Positions 20,435-28,511 of a stretch of 28,511 bases of DNA are shown here, piece after piece (within the stretch, counting starts at the first letter, position 1; each line of letters opens with the position of its first letter). Source of the stretch: Macrostomum lignano (Eukaryota); the NCBI GenBank assembly GCA_002269645.1, contig NIVC01005015.1:1-28511 (forward strand), given 5' to 3'. The notes under the pieces are model-generated. The model made no database searches. It had not been told where the DNA came from and saw only the letters and a list, made by a program, of their open reading frames with translations. The position numbers and the translations under genes were made by a program.

Positions 20435-20892
20435 GGCAAGAACAACGCGAGGAAGCGCAACAGCCAGTGAGACAGTAAATATAAAGTTGATAGGAGGCAG
20501 ATCCAGTGTTCATCTTTTGATATGTTGTACCTTTCTTATTGCTCTATCAATATTCATAAAGCTTTTCGTTCAGAAATAGTTTCAAAGGCAGATTTCACCG
20601 GAAAATACACTACGGAGATAGGAAATTTCACGATTTTCAACACTAAAACAGTGATCGGGTCTCTTAACAGTGTCAGAAAAAGTTCTAATCACACTATTTT
20701 GTGCCTCATATGCTGCTCTAACGACGCATTAATCGATTTTTCATGTTAAATTGGTCTGTCACTTGAAAAAACGTTTAAGATAATGACAAGACCAATTTAA
20801 CTTTTATATTATTAACTAGAATTCAATGGTCTGCGTTAGCTTAAAAATAGCACAGTCGCATGTAGCTCGAAGTTTAAGCTTATATAAAGCTT

Positions 20893-21000
20893 ATCTATAC
20901 CTATAAAAATGAAAACTCTGTGTGTGTGTGTGTGTGTGTCTGTGGCCAATTTTGTTCGCTATGGACTCCCAAACCATATAAATATATAAATAAAGTTTAA
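20893..21000 (+). mobile_element. Possible non-autonomous Helitron/Helentron-like 5' end with (TG)10
   Basis: TCTATACCTATAAAAATGAAAACTC followed by (TG)10 at 20919-20938, a layout I associate with such elements. No 3' end identified. Confidence 0.3.
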
Positions 21001-21215
21001 AATGCAGTTTTTCTTATTTAATATGTGTAACTTTGTAGGGTAAAGTTTTAAAATTCATAAGTTTGTTCAGTCAAAAGTTATAACAGAGTTGACTTTTGAA
21101 ACACCCCTGCCACCCGTATTTGGAAAACGTAATGAATTTTAACTTTATCGTGTCTTGAGTCTTCAGTGTCTGGTAGTAGCTGAATGTCATGCGTTATCCT
21201 TCTACGTTGGAGCAG

Positions 21216-21861
21216 CGTCCAGCATCTCTGCCAACGTCCTGCATCTCTGCCCACGTCCTGCATCTCTACCAGCGTCCTGCATCTCTGCCAATGTCCTGCA
21301 TCTCTCCCAACGTCCTGCATCTCTGCCAACGTCCAGAATCTCTCCCAACGTCCAGCATCTCTGCCAACGTCCTGCATCTCTGCCAACGTCCTGCATCTCT
21401 GCCAACGTCCAGAATCTCTCCCAACGTCCTGCATCTCTGCCAACGTCCTGCATCTCTGCCAACGTCCAGAATCTCTGCCAACGTCCTGCATCTCTGCCAA
21501 CGTCCTGCATCTCTGCCAACGTCCTGCATCTCTGCCAACGTCCTGCATCTCTGCCCACGTCCTGCATCTCTGCCAACGTCCAGAATCTCTGCCAACGTCC
21601 TGCATCTCTGCCAACGTCCTGCATCTCTGCCAACGTCCTGCATCTCTGCCCACGTCCTGCATCTCTGCCAACGTCCAGAATCTCTGCCAACGTCCTGCAT
21701 CTCTGCCAACGTCCAGAATCTCTCCCAACGTCCTGCATCTCTGCCAACGTCCTGCATCTCTGCCAACGTCCTGCATCTCTGCCAACGTCCTGCATCTCTG
21801 CCAACGTCCTGCATCTCTGCCAACGTCCTGCATCTCTGCCCACGTCCTGCATCTCTGCCAA
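21216..21861. repeat. 19-bp minisatellite (CGTCCTGCATCTCTGCCAA), about 34 copies
   Basis: 646 bp divided by 19. Three units give the 19-aa periodicity seen in the six overlapping ORFs. Confidence 0.97.
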
Positions 21862-22634
21862 TAGTAGACACTGAAAGACTCCTGAGAACACTTAAATTTA
21901 TTCCGCTCGTCTAAAAAAACCTCCAGAAACTCTCTGGCAGGAAAAAAAGACGAGCGGCTTCGGACAGACGAGTGCATTCAGTGTTTATTAATTGGCCAGA
22001 ATTGAGAACTGTTTAGTTGTCTGAGTACAAAGTCAGTAGCAGTTAAAGGTTCAAGAATCAGGTAAATACCAGTTTAGTTCAACGTGACATTAGGGAAAAG
22101 AACAAAATATTATTAAATAAAATTGCGTTAAGTAATGAAAACAAAGCTGATAGGAAATAGCAAGTCTTACGTGAAGGTCACAGCATTATTAATCAACCCG
22201 GGTTTCAAGATATGGACTTTAAAATGCACGTGCACTACTAATGTTGACAAGTTAATGTCTAGTTAGATTCAGAGTTACTTAACTCTGACATTTTACACTA
22301 CTTACAATGTTGTCATCACCAGTAGTATAGTGCTAAATATTATTAATTAACTATTGTACGAATTCAGGTGCTGAAATTAAGATATGTTGAAAATAGGATA
22401 GAATAGATTGAATGAACTGAATAGATGTACATTGAGTCTAATTTTCTAACCCTTCCCCGGCTATTCTGCTAGTAACTACCTACGAGCATAATATTCCTTT
22501 TACCTGTTTATGGTCTTCTAGTTGGCACCGCAGCCTCCTTTTAGCGTTTGAACCTTTGTCCCAAGCGACAAGCGTCAAGGTTCCCTAGCACGACTGGCCA
22601 AGCCCCGCATCAACAAGCGGTTGATCGAATGGCA

Positions 22635-24452
22635 TCAGGTGCCCGAGTCGCAGGCGGCTGAGGCCGACTCCAGCAGGACGGACACGAAGCCCTGGTCTCC
22701 GGTCCAGGTACCATTGGAGACGCAGCCGCCCCTGCAGAAGGAGCCGCCGCTGCCGCCGCTGTGACCGAAGCTCACTCCGGCTCCGCCGCCGCTGAAGCCG
22801 CCGCCAGCTCCAGCGGTGCCTTTTATCGGGCTCGTCGCACTGCCGCCCCGCCGCCTCCGCCGAAGCCTCCGTCGCAGACGCTGCCGTCTCCGGCGCTGCC
22901 GCCGACCCAGCCGTCGGCCAGACTGTCGCCTCTCTCTCCGTCCGAGGAGCTCCGTCTGGGGCTGACGGCCCTGCCGAGCCAGCCGGCACCGCAGCCGCCG
23001 TGGTTGCTATGGCTCGGGGTTCCAGAGGGGCTGTTGGAGCCCGGCTGACCGTTGGTGCCGCCGAATCCCGAGTAGGCGCTGTTGGTTCCCAGGCTGTCGG
23101 AACCGTTGACTTCAGTCTCTCCCGGTTTTCCTACGATGAAATAAATTAAAGCGCAGAATAAAACTACTTATCCATATTGATAATATTTAGTTTTTTTATT
23201 TTTCAAGCCTCCAGTGACTGCAGCCACTGAGCTCACCATTATTATTGTAGCAGGCTCCACCGCCCCCACCAGCAGCCAGCAGCAGCAGCCGGTCGCCCGT
23301 CCGGTACACGAAGCTGCCGCCGCCTCCGCCTCCTCCTCCGTAATCCAAAGAGGTCGAGCCGCCCGTCTGGCCCACAACGATGCTCAGCTGGACTCCGGCC
23401 GTCAGGTTGACCCTGGCGCTCACCTGGGCTCCCGGGCCTCCGATGGTGTTCGTCAGGGTGTTGTTGCCTCCTCTGGCTCCGGCAGCCTCGATCAGGTAGC
23501 ATCCGCTAGCGGGAGCCGTGAAGGTTTCGATCGATCCGTTTCTGCCCGAGCTGCTGTCTGCAGGGTTCATAATGATAAAATTATAATAATTGATTACACC
23601 TGCCCCAATGGGCAGCTATTGCGCGGCGCATCTGAAGGCTGCGTACGGCTGTTCAGTCCAAGGACTATTGGGGTCACCACACACACCCTCAATTACCCCA
23701 GCTAATGCTGGCACCCATTTTACAGCTGGGTGAACTGAAGCAATGCAGAGTTGAGTGTCTTGCTCAAGGACACAAATTGTTCCATTGGGATCGGGAATCG
23801 AACTTCCGACCTTCAAGTCGTGAGTCCGACGCTCTAACCTAGGGTCGTGGCCTAGCAGGGGGTGTAGCTATAGTGGTTCATGCAATGTCCAATATAACTA
23901 TGGGGTACTATGAAGCTTTGCCAGCAACGATTGTCACAGACATTAAAACAATTCCATATCTCTTGACTCACTTTTGAGCAGCACTGCAGCCGACGTCAAA
24001 CTCATCAAGTACTGCTCAAATTCTTCCGCTTTCCACAAAGTCACAGCGCTATCGTGAGGCGAGCCGAGCTGTCTCGTCACGTGACTTCCGTTTAGGCCGG
24101 CGGGCTGTCCCGATGACTCATTGCTGAGGCTGACTGCCCGACAGACTCTGGCGGTCTGGTTCAGCTCGGCGACAGCGCAGCTCGAAGCTGGCACAGCAGC
24201 AGGCACTGACTTTCCCAAGCGACTTCGGTCTCGACGAACAAGCTGCTCACAGAGTCACTCAGCTCAACGGAGCCGCCGGTAATGAATCGATTGAAGCGTT
24301 TGCCACCTTCTGCGTTGGTCACTGAAATTTAAAATATCATTTACTGCATACGTTTTGTTTTGCGCCAGAGCACCCGACCTTACTTGAACCGAAGCTCTAT
24401 ACTCACCGTTATATAAAGTGAACAAAATCGCAAAAATGAACTCCAAATGCAT
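22635..24452 (-). pseudogene. Host gene B, tandem paralog of gene A (exons 24452-24407, 24321-23972, 23557-23237, 23130-22635). About 404 aa if repaired; two 1-nt frameshifts as assembled
   Basis: Same exon sizes and phases as gene A. One base is missing in exon 2 near 24181 (350 vs 351 nt) and one in the GGC run near 22847. It could be an intact gene with consensus errors. Confidence 0.8.
23572..23855 (-). mobile_element. Paralogous CORE-type SINE copy in intron 2 of gene B
   Basis: GGTTAGAGCGTCGGACTC...GTTCGATTCC (A and B boxes) plus the same core and tail as 15146-15420, at the same intron position. Confidence 0.72.
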
Positions 24453-26354
24453 AGCGGAATGAGTTTAGGTTTAGTTTACGGTTATTCAAATTAGTTTTCA
24501 GTTGCGAATGCAAGCCGTTGGTAATTATAAAGATCCGGATGGGTGGTAGGTTCTGCATTTAATGCCGCCTATGAACAGCAGCTGCAGCCAATCCACGCTG
24601 CAGGATGCATGAGTGATGGGCCGCTTCCCAAGATTCGTTAGCTGCAGCCTCAAGACACCATCAATTTAACATACTCTCGCGTGCAAACAGTGACAGCATT
24701 ATTTCCCTGTCAAACAGCTGGAGCCATCTGGTAAGAAAATTTTCTTTACCCACATTAAGAATTCCTACAACAAAGCAGTTGTTGCTGGTGAATTTTTGTC
24801 TTTACTTTTGTTCCGAAAGCAAGAGCTTTGCCAAGAGCGTTCCTATAATTAGATTTGCTGCAATTAAGATCTCAATCTCAAGATTCTAACGAAAGAAATA
24901 AAGTACAATACAATGATAACTACCAAAATTAATGAGAATATTAGCTGAAACCTAAAAATCAATTTAGAAAATGACAAGAAGGAAAAACTAAAGCAACTTA
25001 GTTTTTCTCTAAATTTCAAATTTTCGTGTTCGTGTTTCTGAAAAATAGACGACACTTATGAATTACTGTTTAACGTTTTTGACGTACATGTCATTGTGCA
25101 TGTACACAACCACTGCATGTGTGCGGTCTTTGATCACCAAAATTGTAAATTTATCGTTCGTTGCACCAGATTTCAGTTGCAACGTGGTGGCTGCGAAGTT
25201 TTCAAGAATACTTGAACACATTCGAGAACTTGGGCGTGGGCACCCTGACGCAACGCCTTCGGCGACATCGTCCCACAACCAGCGCTGACGGCAATTCTAC
25301 CCATTCAATGGTACGCATGTCAGGCACTCACTCATACACACGCTCACACGGGGTGTACATGGCGGCCCGGGCCAAATGTTTACAAGTACATTTAGGTCCA
25401 TAGCAGCTAAAATAGTTACAGAAAGTCAACGCTAAATAAAAAGTTCTAGATGCAAAATTAATCTGAATTTCGTCTGTTAGATTATTCGGATCGAGATCGA
25501 TCGCATTATTTAATTTCAGTGTGCAACTGAGATAAATATAAATGTTTATTATATGTTAATAGGAAGTTAATAGGAATTTATTTTCAAACAGTCGCAGACC
25601 TCCTAAGATTATCGAATAAAATTCAAATTTAACGCCAACATTTGAAGTTTGAAGAAATAAAAAAAATTCAATACTTTTTAAATTCATGAATTTTGGCGCG
25701 TATTTGATTTTTTTGGATTTACATACATAACGGATCAGTCCGTTACCCGATAATAACTCAGTTATTAGATCTTAAACATATATAATATTAGAAGTAACAA
25801 AAGACTAAAAATTTTTCTTCATCTTACGGCTTGATTATTGCGCAAGGAAATTAGTAGCCCCAACGTTATTAAAAATTAATTTCAAACATGGATAATAATT
25901 CTGTAGGTGCTACAGTGACTAGAAATGACATCAGAATGTACGCTCGTAACTGCCCAAACTGAAAGACCTTCGAATCTCGTTCACACTGATTTGGAGAAGG
26001 GGTTAAAATAAACAAAATTTTAGCTGTTTAAACTGGCTGACTAGTTAGTAGTGCAGTTAGGATATAGTCAATTTTTTAGTTTTGAGAAAATTAAAAACTT
26101 GAAATTGGATAAATATGAACAATAAAAATGAGATCCAAACATGGCAATATTTTTGAATTAAAAATTAATTCACTGCATTAGTCTAAGCAATATTGCTAAG
26201 TGTTGCTTTGAAGTAAATAATGCATAATTCGATGACTAAGTGTAAGAAAAATGTGACATTTTGCAAACTATAATAGATATAAACTGAAAAGTTTAGTAAA
26301 AGAAAATTAAAAAATCACTGTTATTAAAGCTCAAACGAAATTTTCTGACTAATA

Positions 26355-27251
26355 CAACAGGTGACACTCTCCGTCTAACAGGTGACATTCTCTGTCTAAC
26401 AGGTGAAATTCCTATCTAACAGGTGACACTCTCTGTCTAACAGGTGAAATTCCTATCTAACAGGTGACACTCTCTGTCTAACAGGTGAAATTCCTATCTA
26501 ACAGGTGACACTCTCTGTCTAACAGGTGACACTCTCTGTCTAACAGGTGACACTCTCTGTCTAACAGGTGACACTCTCTGTCTAACAGGTGACACTCTGT
26601 CTAACAGGTGACACTCTCTGTCTAACAGGTGACACTCTCTGTTTAACAGGTGACACTCTGTCTAACAGGTGACACTCTCTGTCTAACAGGTGACACTCTG
26701 TCTAACAGGTGACATTCCTGTCTAACAGGTGAAATTCCTACCTAACAGGTGACACTCTCTGTCTAACAGGTTACATTCCTGTCTAACAGGTGACACTCTC
26801 TGTCTAACAGGTGAAATTACTATCTAACAGGTGACACTCTCTGTCTAAAAGGTGAAATTCCTACCTAACAGGTGACACTCTCTGTCTAACAGGTGACACT
26901 CTCTGTCTAACAGGTGACATTCCTGTCTAACAGGTGACACTCTCTGTCTAACAGGTGACACTCTCTGTCTAACAGGTGACACTCTGTCTAACAGGTGACA
27001 CTCTGTCTAACAGGTGACACTCTTTCTAACAGGTGACACTCTGTCTAACAGTTGGCACTCTCTGTCTAACAGGTGACACTCTGTCTAACAGGTGGCAATC
27101 TGTCTAACAGGTGACATTCTCTGTCTAACAGGTGACACTCTCTGTCTAACAGGTGACACTCTGTCTAACAGGTGACACTCTCTGTCTAACAGGTGACACT
27201 CTGTCTAACAGGTGACACTCTGTCTAACAGGTGGCACTCTCTGTCTAACAG
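26355..27251. repeat. 19-21-bp satellite (CTAACAGGTGACACTCTCTGT), roughly 44 units
   Basis: Tandem array with GACACTCTCTGT, GACACTCTGT and GAAATTCCTAT variants. Confidence 0.97.
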
Positions 27252-27693
27252 ATTCAACAAAGAATATAAGCAATCACAAATATATACAAAAAAGCAACAA
27301 CAACGGAAGAAAAAGAATGTTTACATGAGTTTATAATACACATGACAAACCCATTCGACTACAACGTGAAGCTTGTACAGCAATACAAATCGACTGTTCA
27401 TTTTGACTGTCTACTTTCTCAAAAAAGTGAAATAAATTCGCATGCAGCAAGGAATGAAGTACAAAAAAAGTTGAAACAATGCCTTTATTGCACAAAGATT
27501 ATCAACCAAGCTACATGCTAGGAAAATGTCAGTTACTAATACAAAGATTCCACTAGAGCCTACGATTTGTTGATAAATATAATATTGCAATCTGTGTGTG
27601 CTGCTGTGCAAGAATAACTTAACAAACACAATTTATACATTTATTTTGCAAAAAGCAACTGCCAGTGAGTCGATTTGATGTGTGAATAGAAAT

Positions 27694-28200
27694 AGGGGGA
27701 GATGGGGAAGGAGAGGGAGAGATGAGGAAGGAGAGGGAGAAATGGGAAGGAGAGGGAGATGGGGAAGGAGACAGAGATGGGGAAGGAGAGAGAGAGATGG
27801 GGAAGGAGACAGAGATGGGGAAGGAGAGAGGGAGAGATGGGGAAGGAAGAAGGGAGAGATGGGGAAGGAGAGAGAGATGGGAAAGGAGAGAGAGATGGGA
27901 AGGATAGAGAGATGGGGAAGGATAGAGAGATGGGGAAGGATAGAGATGGGGAAGGATAGAGAGATGGAGAAGGGAGAGAGAGATGGGGAAGGAGAGAGGG
28001 AGAGATGGGGAAGGATAGAGAGATGGGAAGGATAGAGAGATGGGAAGGATAGAGAGATGGGAAAGGATAGAGAGATGGGGAAGGATAGAGAGATGGGGAA
28101 GGATAGAGAGATGGGAAGGAGAGAGGAGAGATGGGGAAGGAGAGAGGGAGAGATGGGGAAGGATAGAGAGATGGGGAAGGAGAGCTATATGGAGAGGAAG
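27694..28200. repeat. Purine-rich minisatellite (about 18-bp unit GATGGGGAAGGATAGAGA)
   Basis: About 500 bp that is almost entirely G and A on the plus strand. Confidence 0.93.
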
Positions 28201-28511
28201 AGAGGAAGAGAATGAGATCACGGAGAGAGAACATCACAGATGTTAAAAGGTAGATCGGAGATGCAAAGAAAAAGATCAGAGGTAGACAGACTATCTACTT
28301 CAATACCTGCGATCGATAACAGACCAAATAGATTCGATCAAGACAGTTCAAACCTGAAGCATACTTCAGTTCCAAAATCTCCAATGAGCTCATCGACTCG
28401 CTCTTGTGCGGAATTTCAAGATCAGAAAGCACAGGCCGCGCAGAATGACAAAGAACATGCACGCACGATGAAGTCCACGTAGATCTTGGCTCCGTCCGCG
28501 CTGAAGAACTT

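Noticed and set aside
20745-20801. TTAA-ended inverted repeat (GTTAAATTGGTCTGTCA / TGACAAGACCAATTTAAC) as a piggyBac terminus
   Set aside because: It is a local hairpin with no partner at the other end of the transposase.
21078-21977. Six long ORFs (200-299 aa)
   Set aside because: By-product of a stop-free 19-bp tandem repeat; no unique coding signal.
25063-25278. 71-aa minus-strand ORF as a possible exon
   Set aside because: No recognisable motif or convincing splice sites.
21216-27251. Regular repeat arrays as possible CRISPR arrays
   Set aside because: Head-to-tail units without unique spacers, no cas genes, and a eukaryotic context.
27619-28246. Ser/Pro/Leu-rich and Arg/Glu/Gly-rich ORFs
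   Set aside because: Translations of the purine-rich minisatellite.
28240-28511. 80-aa plus ORF, and a minus-strand stretch KFFSADGAKIYVDFI that may be an exon running off the window
   Set aside because: Too short and truncated to support a call.

Overview
Eukaryotic, probably invertebrate, genomic DNA. The central feature is a complete, recently inserted Ty3/gypsy LTR retrotransposon on the minus strand (1884-10853). It has TGTTG...CAACA LTRs, a 4-bp CAGA target-site duplication, a tRNA-Lys-type PBS and a PPT. Between integrase and the 3' LTR, where env normally sits, it carries an intact 327-aa ORF with a canonical HPD J-domain (DnaJ/Hsp40), an acidic region with a SUMO-interacting-like motif, and a basic C-terminus. 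A candidate leader splice donor and an acceptor directly before the ATG suggest env-like expression from a spliced RNA. This element and an older, degraded gypsy element (10933-14450) both lie in intron 3 of a 4-exon host gene encoding a secreted PAN-like plus ALK/LTK-type glycine-rich protein. A tandem paralog of that gene lies at 22635-24452. The rest comprises a piggyBac transposase fossil, two CORE-type SINE copies, mini- and microsatellites, and an opening segment with mirror-like dinucleotide composition. The two LTRs differ mainly by homopolymer indels, so single-base frameshifts anywhere in the window may be sequencing errors. All calls are by eye; no searches were run.
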